Shown: positions 47,504 to 55,467, numbered from the stretch's first letter. The stretch: 62,704 nucleotides of DNA from a virus (IMGVR_UViG_3300005837_000598:1-62704), one strand, 5' to 3'. Made by a program: numbers and translations. Notes: generated by a model not told the origin, from the sequence alone.

Positions 47504-48061
47504 TTACGCCAAGTAGGTATTTTGAATGTGCTGTATCATGGTAGTAATATTGCTACCAGTACAAGCCATTGTTGGATTGTCATCCTCATCTACTTTTACA
47601 CCATCTTCAACATCATCCAGAACAACACATTCATGGGTGCATTCTAAATCATCTCTCCAGAGACTTGTTGTGTTCTCATCCATGTACTTGATTAATCTCT
47701 GGACATCTGCTTTCAAAGATTCGTAGTCTGATTCTGGGGTGACCTCATCCTTATTCCATGAGTGGGTAAAGTGCTTATCAAATTCTGGTTCACCTTCCTC
47801 ATACATTTTACCATCTACCTCAACGTACTGGATATCATCTGGACATTCCCAATCAGTATAGTAGTAGTAATCATTATTGTAGGCATCTTCTAATAATTTA
47901 TCATCAGATGATTTAGAATTACCAGTTACCTCTCTAAGATGTTTAATCATATCAGATTCATGTTTGATATACATTGCACCTTCTCCGATACAATATCCAG
48001 ATGACATACCTTCTCCAGTAATGTCACATTTGCGAGGGTGTAAAATTGCTTTCTGTTTCAT
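47504..48061 (-). CDS. Acidic hypothetical early protein
   Basis: 185 aa; PRKCDITGEGMSSGY...YYYTDWE motif. Confidence 0.7.
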   Translation of the reverse strand: MKQKAILHPRKCDITGEGMSSGYCIGEGAMYIKHESDMIKHLREVTGNSKSSDDKLLEDAYNNDYYYYTDWECPDDIQYVEVDGKMYEEGEPEFDKHFTHSWNKDEVTPESDYESLKADVQRLIKYMDENTTSLWRDDLECTHECVVLDDVEDGVKVDEDDNPTMACTGSNITTMIQHIQNTYLA

Positions 48062-48072
48062 ATTATATAGTT

Positions 48073-48207
48073 TTAGTAAAGTCCAAATGATGCATTGGCA
48101 TCAAGACCTTGAGTTAATAAATGAAACACTAACATTGTCCAAGTAACTGCCACCAATGTTGTCATGGCATAAATGATTGCGTTTTCGATAAAAGATTTTG
48201 TTTTCAT
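48073..48207 (-). CDS. Small single-TM protein (44 aa, MKTKSFIENAIIY...)
   Basis: ATG 48207 preceded by the repeated leader. Confidence 0.6.
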   Translation of the reverse strand: MKTKSFIENAIIYAMTTLVAVTWTMLVFHLLTQGLDANASFGLY

Positions 48208-48223
48208 ATTATATAGTTTAAAT

Positions 48224-48244
48224 AAAAGGGCAATATTGCCTTTG
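48224..48244 (-). terminator. Hairpin/terminator after the tRNA-like element
   Basis: GGCAATATTGCC palindrome followed by a T-rich run on the minus strand. Confidence 0.5.
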
Positions 48245-48287
48245 ATACTGGAGGAGGAATCGAACCTCCTTACATCCAATCCAGTAT
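48245..48287 (-). ncRNA. tRNA-like minihelix (acceptor stem plus T-arm only)
   Basis: ATACTGGA-10 nt-GGAGG TTCGATT CCTCC-TCCAGTAT; perfect stems, no D or anticodon arm. Confidence 0.65.
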
Positions 48288-48295
48288 GCGTTGCT

Positions 48296-49231
48296 TTACG
48301 CAACAAGAGTGCTTAATGAATTAAACACTTTCTGGTCAAGTCGTTGAAGACCTCCAACGTACTTAGACTCTTCTCTAGTTCTATCTGAACCACCTTTGTG
48401 AGTTGTGTAATGAGTTACACCAGAAAACAATCCCCAAAGCGTTTGACCTTTGTAAGACATTTCTTTAACTACAGACTGTACTAAATCTTGAGTCTGGTTT
48501 AACTTTCTGGTTGAGTATTGCTCTTTTGCACTAGCCTCTCCCATTGATACATCCACACCAGTAACAAGATTAATTGTCTGGTTCACTAATTTTTGGGTGA
48601 CCTTCTCATTAGCCATTCTAGAGAAAATCTCAAACAAAGTCTTGTCTGCTTGTTCCATATTCTCTATAATGCGTAAAGACCTTTGAACAGCATCTCTCAT
48701 ATTAGCAGTATGTCTAACAGAGTTCTGTAATTCTTTACTAAGTGCAGAGAATTGATTAGCACATGAAACAGTAGTTCCAGTTGTTCCCCATCTTAATGAG
48801 CATGAACCATCATGAGAATTGATAGCAGTTGCTTTTCTGGTAATTGTATCATCTCCAACAAATTTGTCTTCGAGATTAACTTGAAGCATTACTTTTCTGC
48901 CTCCTTTGAATTCTTGACCATTTGAAATTGGCTGTCCGATTACATCAGCAATCTCCAGTACAAGTTCAGCAAGTTCTGAATTCTGGAAAGTTTCATATTG
49001 ATTAGTAAATGCACCAAAGCAATCGTTGTTGTCAGTTCTAACTACTCCAAAGAAATCTGTAGCAGTTGTGATTGTTTTACCTTGATGAATATTTGAGGGA
49101 GACTCAAATGTTAGGGGGTACTTCTTAACATTCCAGTTAAGATTGAATTTGTGTAGCAGTTCTTCTGCTTGTGTTAGGTTTACACTTTTTAAGTTTGTGT
49201 CGATTAAGCGACCTTCTGAATTTAAATACAT
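48296..49231 (-). CDS. DUF932/DUF945-family protein
   Basis: LNWNV...VVRTDN...YETFQN, GGRKV, NSHDGS, VSCANQ, RHTAN, TLWGLFSGVTHYTTH. Confidence 0.88.
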   Translation of the reverse strand: MYLNSEGRLIDTNLKSVNLTQAEELLHKFNLNWNVKKYPLTFESPSNIHQGKTITTATDFFGVVRTDNNDCFGAFTNQYETFQNSELAELVLEIADVIGQPISNGQEFKGGRKVMLQVNLEDKFVGDDTITRKATAINSHDGSCSLRWGTTGTTVSCANQFSALSKELQNSVRHTANMRDAVQRSLRIIENMEQADKTLFEIFSRMANEKVTQKLVNQTINLVTGVDVSMGEASAKEQYSTRKLNQTQDLVQSVVKEMSYKGQTLWGLFSGVTHYTTHKGGSDRTREESKYVGGLQRLDQKVFNSLSTLVA

Positions 49232-49276
49232 AGTTTAAATATTTAGTTTAAATCCCTAGAGACTATCTCAAGGGCA

Positions 49277-49290
49277 TGAACCATCGTTCA
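49277..49290. promoter_or_regulatory. Palindromic operator TGAAC-CATC-GTTCA beside a minus-strand -7-like element (TATTATTG, 49296-49303)
   Basis: Perfect 5-bp arms upstream of DUF932. Confidence 0.55.
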
Positions 49291-49614
49291 CATTGCAATA
49301 ATACAATAATATTTTGAATTAACAATAATGTTGATAAAATAATTTAAAATAAAGTTTTTAGACCTCTGGTGTGGGGGGTAAACAATTAACGATTGTAGAT
49401 TTTAAAAGTTTGAGTCTTGTACTTTATAGAACCTTTGGCCTTTGTTAATTTTACCAGAAACTGGAAAGTAGTTGTCCAGATCCTTTGATTGTTGTTTCCA
49501 TATCTGGTGGAGGTGTTGTTTTTGTTTGAGTTCAGCGATTATCTGGATTGTCGTTTTTTTCATGTCTGGGGGGTATTTGATTAATGATTTTGGGGTGACC
49601 TTAGTCTTATATTA

Positions 49615-50001
49615 CTATAGAGAGAGATAACATTCCCGTATAAGGTAATTATAAATCCTACGGAGTTGTGTACGACCATAGATAGAGACATTGAATTGTT
49701 GTTTGGTGTACTTCTCTCGTTTTGTCTGGCGTTCAATAAAACCTTCGTTCAATAGTCTTTTGTGTTCTCTATAGAATTGATGAGGGGATGAAATCTTTAC
49801 CAGTTCCATTTTATCCAGTAGTTGAAGAACCTTTTTTATTTCGTAGTATGTGAAATCTGATTTACATTCTGATTCTACTATACTACATCCAAGAAAGATA
49901 TAAATTGTTTTAGGTGTAAAGTCATTGTCCAGACTTCGCAAGTATTTTTGTATGGCTTTATTGTGGCTAAATAGTTCTCTTAATTTGTTGGCTACTTTCA
50001 T
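49615..50001 (-). CDS. Winged-HTH (MarR-like) DNA-binding protein
   Basis: FYREHKRLLNEGFIER...FNVSIYGRTQL wing motif. Confidence 0.6.
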   Translation of the reverse strand: MKVANKLRELFSHNKAIQKYLRSLDNDFTPKTIYIFLGCSIVESECKSDFTYYEIKKVLQLLDKMELVKISSPHQFYREHKRLLNEGFIERQTKREKYTKQQFNVSIYGRTQLRRIYNYLIRECYLSL

Positions 50002-50354
50002 TTAGTTTTATGTTGGTTTTGTTTTGTGGTTAAATTGTTCAAAGCATTACTCCATCTTTATAAAGAGGAGGAAAAAATTCCAAAACTTCATCGGAGTTAC
50101 ATTTTTTTGTTGTTGGTTTCCCATTTTGCATAGTAAATGAAGAAAAAACAACACAAATCGTGATAGTCTGGCTTGTAAAGTGCTGACAACCAGTAGTGTA
50201 TGAGTATTTGTTCGATTCCTATTGAGAATCGGTTTTGATTTTAGAATGCATTTAATCACACCTACCCAGTTCGCCAAATCCACTTCCACTCTCGGACAAA
50301 AGCCACCATATATATACTATTACCACATCTTGATGCCTACAATGAGTTTCTGAG

Positions 50355-50362
50355 CAAATATA
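50355..50362 (-). promoter_or_regulatory. Bacteroidota-type -7 element (TATATTTG), leftward
   Basis: TAnnTTTG match in the non-coding region. Confidence 0.4.
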
Positions 50363-50460
50363 AGAAACTTAAATTAAATTTTAATGCTACCATATCATAG
50401 CGATTTAGATCGTTTCTTAGACGAAAGATTTGGGGTGAAAGATCGTTACTCGGTAAATAT

Positions 50461-50591
50461 GTAATATATTAATATGATATAGTATACTAGTATATAATAT
50501 ACTTATATATATATAATATACTAATATATAACAAACTTCCAAATTTATTTTGGCTAGACAATTTGGCTACCTATGCTAGACATAATGGCTA
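50461..50591. other. Candidate replication origin or genome terminus: AT-rich tract plus two 17-bp iteron-like repeats
   Basis: About 70 nt almost purely A/T (50461-50531); GCTAGACAnnnTGGCTA at 50553 and 50575 (22-bp period); at the strand switch. Confidence 0.55.
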
Positions 50592-50665
50592 TCAGTTCAA
50601 AACTATGTTAATAACGTCTTGATAAACAGGCATTAACAATCGTTCAATTTATATAATTTTATGCT

Positions 50666-51271
50666 ATGAATATGATTGGATCAAAGATAGCAGTTCGAGT
50701 TACCAAAAAATATAACGATGAGGTTACTTTTGGAAACGGAGATAAGTTATACTTAGATGTTACGTTTAATCCTGAACACCATGTAACGATATGTGGAGAG
50801 GTCGTGGCTTTACCTAGAGGTGAGTGGTGCAGGAATACACATGGTGATTTTATTGCACAAGAATTAAAAGTAGGTGACAAAGTCTATTTTAATTACTTAA
50901 CAGTTGATAAGGATAATTTAATCTTCGGAGAGAACGACATATATACTTGTGATTTAGAAGATTGTTTTTGTAAAGTCGATGGTGATGGTATAACTGCTAT
51001 CTCCAATCATGTTTTAATAGAGCCATTAATGACTGATGAAATGCATGGATCTATTTATTTAGGAGAGCCTAAGATGTCAGAAACTGAAGGATATGTAAGA
51101 TTTTTAAGTACCCCATTGAAAGATAAAGAAGATTTAGGATTAACACCAGGGGATCTAGTTAAGTTTCATGAGAGGTATGCTTTTCTAAACACTATAGAAG
51201 ACATAAAATTTTATATAATGAGACAGACTGATGTGATGGGAAAAATAGAACATTCTGGAAGGGCCATTTGA
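50666..51271 (+). CDS. GroES-like co-chaperonin (tandem domains)
   Basis: GEVVALP...LKVGDKVYF and NHVLIEP...GSIYL...GYV...PGDLVKF...FYIMRQTDVMG. Confidence 0.75.
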   Translation: MNMIGSKIAVRVTKKYNDEVTFGNGDKLYLDVTFNPEHHVTICGEVVALPRGEWCRNTHGDFIAQELKVGDKVYFNYLTVDKDNLIFGENDIYTCDLEDCFCKVDGDGITAISNHVLIEPLMTDEMHGSIYLGEPKMSETEGYVRFLSTPLKDKEDLGLTPGDLVKFHERYAFLNTIEDIKFYIMRQTDVMGKIEHSGRAI

Positions 51272-51323
51272 TATACCTCAATGCATAAGCGATCATGCTC
51301 GACTTTATGTCGATTCAAGAGTC

Positions 51324-51809
51324 ATGGCTAATCGTGACCATTACAAAAAACTTTATTGGAAATCAAGATCATATCAATATAAAAACCCTGTATTGTTTGA
51401 CCACCCAGTTGACAATGAATTTTATACAGACTTTAAAGGCATACTTGCCGAGTTACTAGTACGTCATCACTTTGATTTAAAAGGGACAAATTATACAACC
51501 TCAGCCTTTGTAAAAGAAAAAGGGGTTAGTGATCCTGACTTAATAGCCAATAATTATAAGATAGATGTAAAGGGATGTGAGAGATCCTTGAAAGTAAATA
51601 TGTTTACTATAGATAAGTTAGAGGTTGACTATATCATCTTTGTGTTATTTCTAACAGGTCAAAGGTATGTGATACTTAATTTTAAAAAGGAAGATATAAA
51701 GGAATGGAATCTAGTAACTGTTAATGAAAGAAATAAGTATTACGAGTTTAAGGTAGATAAACGCAAGTGGAGATATTCTGACACCCCAAATTCTGATACC
51801 CCCAAATAA
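51324..51809 (+). CDS. PD-(D/E)xK nuclease-like protein (start may extend to about 51252)
   Basis: GILAELLV...DPDL....IDVKG. Confidence 0.6.
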   Translation: MANRDHYKKLYWKSRSYQYKNPVLFDHPVDNEFYTDFKGILAELLVRHHFDLKGTNYTTSAFVKEKGVSDPDLIANNYKIDVKGCERSLKVNMFTIDKLEVDYIIFVLFLTGQRYVILNFKKEDIKEWNLVTVNERNKYYEFKVDKRKWRYSDTPNSDTPK

Positions 51810-51822
51810 AAAATTTTTAAAA

Positions 51823-52149
51823 ATGAGTCGTAAAAAATCTAACCATCACGATGGACACCCCCAATTAAAATTCCTAAAAAAAATTCCCTGGTATAATAAA
51901 TTATTAAGGTACGCAGTAAAACAAAGAAAACTAACCCCCATAGAAAGAATTTCGAATCGACTAGGATACATGGGTACATCATTTATTATGGTATCCCCCT
52001 ATTTACTAAAATATGACAACATAGGTGCTGTAACTTATGTGATCGGTGGATTGTTATCTATACCCCAGGTTTTTGTAGCAAAGCAATGGAATATTGTTGC
52101 TGTTAACTTGAATGTGACTTTGGGTTATTTAATTTATCTACTGTTTTGA
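51823..52149 (+). CDS. Small membrane protein (about 3 TM)
   Basis: Hydrophobic segments with LSIPQV..KQWN. Confidence 0.65.
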   Translation: MSRKKSNHHDGHPQLKFLKKIPWYNKLLRYAVKQRKLTPIERISNRLGYMGTSFIMVSPYLLKYDNIGAVTYVIGGLLSIPQVFVAKQWNIVAVNLNVTLGYLIYLLF

Positions 52150-52415
52150 AAAAACATACTAAATTATATCACGAACACTTTATGTACGAACCAGGGGACT
52201 GGATTGGTTGTGAGGTCTGTGATAAAACAGCAGTTGATATTCATCACATAGATGCAAGAGGATTAGGAGGATCAAAAGATAAAGACACCCCAGAAAACCT
52301 TATGGCACTTTGTAGAGAATGTCATTCGTATTTTGGAGATAAGAAACAGTTTAAACGAATGCTAAAAACTATGCACCATGCAAACATTAAGAAAATCATC
52401 ACCAGAAACTCCTAA
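52146..52415 (+). CDS. HNH endonuclease
   Basis: CEVC...DIHHI...NLMALCRECH; TTG start. Confidence 0.9.
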   Translation: MKKHTKLYHEHFMYEPGDWIGCEVCDKTAVDIHHIDARGLGGSKDKDTPENLMALCRECHSYFGDKKQFKRMLKTMHHANIKKIITRNS

Positions 52416-52527
52416 AGAAATCTTAGAAAGAATATTAAGATTAAAGTTAGAACACCCCTATCACCCCAAAATAAAGCATCTTCAGGTTTTATATGATCTA
52501 ATGACTAAGGAAGATTTTAAAGCCTAG
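52378..52527 (+). CDS. Possible small protein (49 aa, MQTLRKSSPETPKEILERILRLK...)
   Basis: Hand-translated ORF filling the gap. Confidence 0.35.
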   Translation: MQTLRKSSPETPKEILERILRLKLEHPYHPKIKHLQVLYDLMTKEDFKA

Positions 52528-52711
52528 ATACGAGTCTATCTATTTTATCAATAATATTTAACTTAACCCCATACAAATCTGCTGAGTTTGCACTTTCTAG
52601 AGTTTGTAATACATCAATTAATAATTCTAACTTTCTCATATTAAGCACCTCTTCTTTATCTTCTAAAGTAACTTGAAAGGTGTGATTGTCATTAGGCAAA
52701 GGGTTGTCCAT
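52517..52711 (-). CDS. Small hypothetical protein (MDNPLPND...)
   Basis: ATG 52711 with A-rich leader. Confidence 0.55.
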   Translation of the reverse strand: MDNPLPNDNHTFQVTLEDKEEVLNMRKLELLIDVLQTLESANSADLYGVKLNIIDKIDRLVSRL

Positions 52712-52780
52712 AGTTATATATTTTTTTAAGTTATAAAATAGTAAGCGTAATCGTAATGTAATAGTCAAGCGATTGAGGTC

Positions 52781-52811
52781 AAAAAAATAAGCACCTCACA
52801 GAATAAGGTGC
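52781..52811 (-). terminator. Terminator of the leftward 52.8-56.3 kb operon
   Basis: GCACCT...AGGTGC stem followed by a T-tract on the minus strand. Confidence 0.6.
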
Positions 52812-52844
52812 GAATTAAATAAAAAAACCTCTATTATCCTAAAA

Positions 52845-53189
52845 CTAAAACCATTTATTGAAACCAGACACTTTATTATTAAAACCATTATTTATATCAG
52901 GTGCTGATGTATCGGTGTTACCTATTCCATCAGATTTGGTTTTATCGTCTTGAAGTTTCTTCAATGTTTTCTTTAATTTCTTTTTTCTCTTGCCTGTATC
53001 AAGATTAACTTTTTTCAATTCAGGCATTTCAGATTTAACCTCTATAGGTTGTATAGGTTTTGGTTGAATCTTAGAAACAGCCTCAACTTTTTTAATTGTT
53101 TTTGCAGTCTTCGCTGCCTTTGCTGCTTTTGCTATTTTTGCTGCCTTTGCTGCTTTCGCTGCTGTGGCTGCTGCTGCTATACCTGCCAT
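52845..53189 (-). CDS. Ala/Lys-rich basic protein (AAK repeats, histone-H1-tail-like)
   Basis: AAKAAKAAKIAKAAKAAKTAK. Confidence 0.6.
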   Translation of the reverse strand: MAGIAAAATAAKAAKAAKIAKAAKAAKTAKTIKKVEAVSKIQPKPIQPIEVKSEMPELKKVNLDTGKRKKKLKKTLKKLQDDKTKSDGIGNTDTSAPDINNGFNNKVSGFNKWF

Positions 53190-53191
53190 AA

Positions 53192-53332
53192 TTATTTCTT
53201 TTTAATTTTTTTTACCTTACCATTATGAGTTCTCGCAAATATGTGAGTCTCTGTTTCACGAATCTTTGTTCCGTAGTATTTTTTACCACCAAACATCCAT
53301 GATACTTTCTTTGCTATTTTCTTTTCTGCCAT
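53192..53332 (-). CDS. Small basic protein (46 aa, MAEKKIAKKVSWMFGGKKYYGTKIRETETHIFART...)
   Basis: Hand-translated; tight coupling; SH3/Tudor-like beta pattern. Confidence 0.6.
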   Translation of the reverse strand: MAEKKIAKKVSWMFGGKKYYGTKIRETETHIFARTHNGKVKKIKKK

Positions 53333-53478
53333 TATTGGTTTCTTTTAATAATGAGGTCTTCAATGGAATGAACCCAGTCTTCGCTATTTCTGTTTCTATT
53401 ATACTGATCTATAAGCCACTCGTCTGACCTAGTATCACTTTTTATAACATCCTTTACACTTACTGTAGTCTTTTCCAC
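53332..53478 (-). CDS. Small protein (...SDEWLIDQYNRNRNSEDWVHSIEDL...), GTG start
   Basis: Hand-translated; stop overlaps the next ATG. Confidence 0.45.
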   Translation of the reverse strand: MEKTTVSVKDVIKSDTRSDEWLIDQYNRNRNSEDWVHSIEDLIIKRNQ

Positions 53479-53512
53479 ACTTACATTTCTTTTTAATTTT
53501 TGAATACGCCAT
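53435..53512 (-). CDS. Tiny Cys/Lys-rich peptide (25 aa, MAYSKIKKKCKCGKDYSKCKGCYKK)
   Basis: ATG 4 nt after the upstream stop; four Cys. Confidence 0.45.
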   Translation of the reverse strand: MAYSKIKKKCKCGKDYSKCKGCYKK

Positions 53513-53516
53513 AATA

Positions 53517-53876
53517 TTATTTTTTTGAATCACTAAATTTAAAGTTCTCACCTGTTACAGATAATTTTTCAATTATCTCACTTTGTAGATCTCTTAATAA
53601 AGCCTCTAATTTATCTTTTTCAACTACCATTGCAGCAACCTTATCTTCTAGTGCCTCATTCTTTGCTTTAAGAGATTCTACCTCTTCAGGATTTTTACCG
53701 ATAAAAGTATATATAACAACACTTAAAGAACCAACAAGCATACCGACAATAACTTTAAATATATCATTGTTTGTATCTGGTATTTCTTTAAATGCTAAGA
53801 AAAGCAATAACCCCATCACCATAGCGAATACAGTTGCAGCACCTATATATCCTCTTAACTCTTTGTTTGTAAACAT
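53517..53876 (-). CDS. Two-TM plus coiled-coil membrane protein
   Basis: TM-EIPDTNNDIF-TM then a heptad region; start at ATG 53876. Confidence 0.7.
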   Translation of the reverse strand: MFTNKELRGYIGAATVFAMVMGLLLFLAFKEIPDTNNDIFKVIVGMLVGSLSVVIYTFIGKNPEEVESLKAKNEALEDKVAAMVVEKDKLEALLRDLQSEIIEKLSVTGENFKFSDSKK

Positions 53877-53886
53877 ATCAATTGTA

Positions 53887-54057
53887 TTATGAGCCACACC
53901 CAACACATTCTATATAAGAATCTTCAGGCTTAACTCCATTAATTTTCATTTTAATATTATGGATCTGATCAGCCAGTTCCATTTGAATACCAAAATCATC
54001 AGTACGTTTCTTCTGTAATTCTAGTTCTTCTATTTTTTTTTCTAACTCAGTCATCAT
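53887..54057 (-). CDS. 56-aa protein ending ECVGCGS, not in the ORF track
   Basis: Hand translation MMTELEKKIEELELQKKRTDDFGIQMELADQIHNIKMKINGVKPEDSYIECVGCGS; ATGA coupling. Confidence 0.75.
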   Translation of the reverse strand: MMTELEKKIEELELQKKRTDDFGIQMELADQIHNIKMKINGVKPEDSYIECVGCGS

Positions 54058-54359
54058 TTTGCTTTCTCTAACATCTTCTTAGTCTTATTAACATGATATT
54101 TTTTACCATCAGCAGTATCCTCCATATATTCTTTTTTGACTGGAGTAACCTCGGTATTCATATTTAATTTTTCTTTGACTTTCTTTTTTATAGACTGAAT
54201 CTTTTCACCAGTTTTAGTTCTAGTTTTATTTTGTTTAAAGTCTTTTTTAATTGCTTTATTCTTTAATTTTCTTTCAAGGTTCATTGCTCTATTCTCCTTA
54301 CCTAATTTTCTAAGTTGAGCAATTTTTTCTTTTAACCTTTTAATTTTTTCTTCATCCAT
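54054..54359 (-). CDS. Lys-rich basic hypothetical protein
   Basis: 101-aa ORF. Confidence 0.6.
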   Translation of the reverse strand: MDEEKIKRLKEKIAQLRKLGKENRAMNLERKLKNKAIKKDFKQNKTRTKTGEKIQSIKKKVKEKLNMNTEVTPVKKEYMEDTADGKKYHVNKTKKMLEKAK

Positions 54360-54361
54360 AA

Positions 54362-55465
54362 CTATAATCTTATGTTTATTCCTGCTTTTAAACTAGAGAT
54401 ATTTCTATCCCAAAACTTAGTAATTTCGTACTCGGTAAATATACCAATACGTTTCCATAACCTCACTCCAAAATTCAATCCAACATTATAATCAAGGTAG
54501 TTTGTGTTCTCTCCTCTCTGTTCTAATAGATAGGTATATGAATAATCTGAGTCACCAATTACATGGTCATGAACTCCAGGATATACTGATGCCCAACCAT
54601 GAAACCAGAAGTCTGGTCTGTAGTAATAGTAATCAGCACCGACTACTAAAGAAAGAGTACCTAATGTTCCTATTTTATTAAATTCAGTTTTATTATAATC
54701 ATTAACTATATCTCCATATATATTGGTTCTAAAATCACGATCCGTATCTGCAACTAAGTCTCCATTCTCATCTACCCAAAACCAGTCGTAGTTGTCTAAA
54801 ACATTGTCATTATCATAATCAATACCATAGTATATATCTTGATATCCATACTCATATGCTAAATCCCACCATGGATTATCAGCAAGGTATGCCTCTATAG
54901 GATTGAAACCATATGCTTGATGTGTTCTTAATACAGCACCTGTACTAAACGCTAGTCTTTTACTAACTGGAACTCTAAACCTTAAATCAACAGATTTAAA
55001 ATCTAAATCTCTTTGATCGTTCTTTAACGACTCTCCTTTTATCATCCACCACTTAGATATGTATCTAACTAAATATTTATGGTTATCATAATCTCTGTTT
55101 TGAATTCTACCTTTATCAAGTTGAAAAACATATTCTAATCCTCTTACTGGTGAATAGTTAGAATTTAAAGATGATGGTTCGTCTCCAACATAAAACTCTC
55201 CTTGTTTTTTCTGATATCCTAAACGAGATACTTTACGAATGCCTAAAGTAAAATTATAGTTGTTATCCCATACTGGTGTGATGTCTTGTACCTCACCTCC
55301 TTGTGTTACAAAATATTCGGTTGGTGCATCAAACCCATTTTCTTCATGATATGAAGTATACACAGTTGCGTACTTAAATAGGTAATCATATGCTTTTTTT
55401 GCTTTTGTTTGAGCCTGGAGATTAGCACTAATAAATAGTGCACACAATAAAATTATTTTTTTCAT
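54362..55465 (-). CDS. Exported, probable outer-membrane beta-barrel protein
   Basis: Sec signal MKKIILLCALFISANLQAQ, alternating aromatic beta strands, C-terminal KAGINIRL. Confidence 0.65.
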   Translation of the reverse strand: MKKIILLCALFISANLQAQTKAKKAYDYLFKYATVYTSYHEENGFDAPTEYFVTQGGEVQDITPVWDNNYNFTLGIRKVSRLGYQKKQGEFYVGDEPSSLNSNYSPVRGLEYVFQLDKGRIQNRDYDNHKYLVRYISKWWMIKGESLKNDQRDLDFKSVDLRFRVPVSKRLAFSTGAVLRTHQAYGFNPIEAYLADNPWWDLAYEYGYQDIYYGIDYDNDNVLDNYDWFWVDENGDLVADTDRDFRTNIYGDIVNDYNKTEFNKIGTLGTLSLVVGADYYYYRPDFWFHGWASVYPGVHDHVIGDSDYSYTYLLEQRGENTNYLDYNVGLNFGVRLWKRIGIFTEYEITKFWDRNISSLKAGINIRL

Positions 55466-55467
55466 TA

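Larger units (their letters stand above)
47369..48223 (-). repeat. Three near-identical translation leaders AAACTATATAATATG
   Basis: Plus strand CATATTATATAGTTT at 47369, 48059 and 48205; the first and third match over 19 nt. Confidence 0.85.

Noticed and set aside
50047-50289. 80-aa minus-strand ORF
   Set aside because: No recognisable motifs or leader, and atypical composition; treated as non-coding
50575-50613. Possible dif (XerCD) site GCTAGACATAA-TGGCTA-TCAGTTCAAAA
   Set aside because: The right arm matches the conserved XerD arm at only about 6 of 11 positions; better explained as part of the 17-bp repeat
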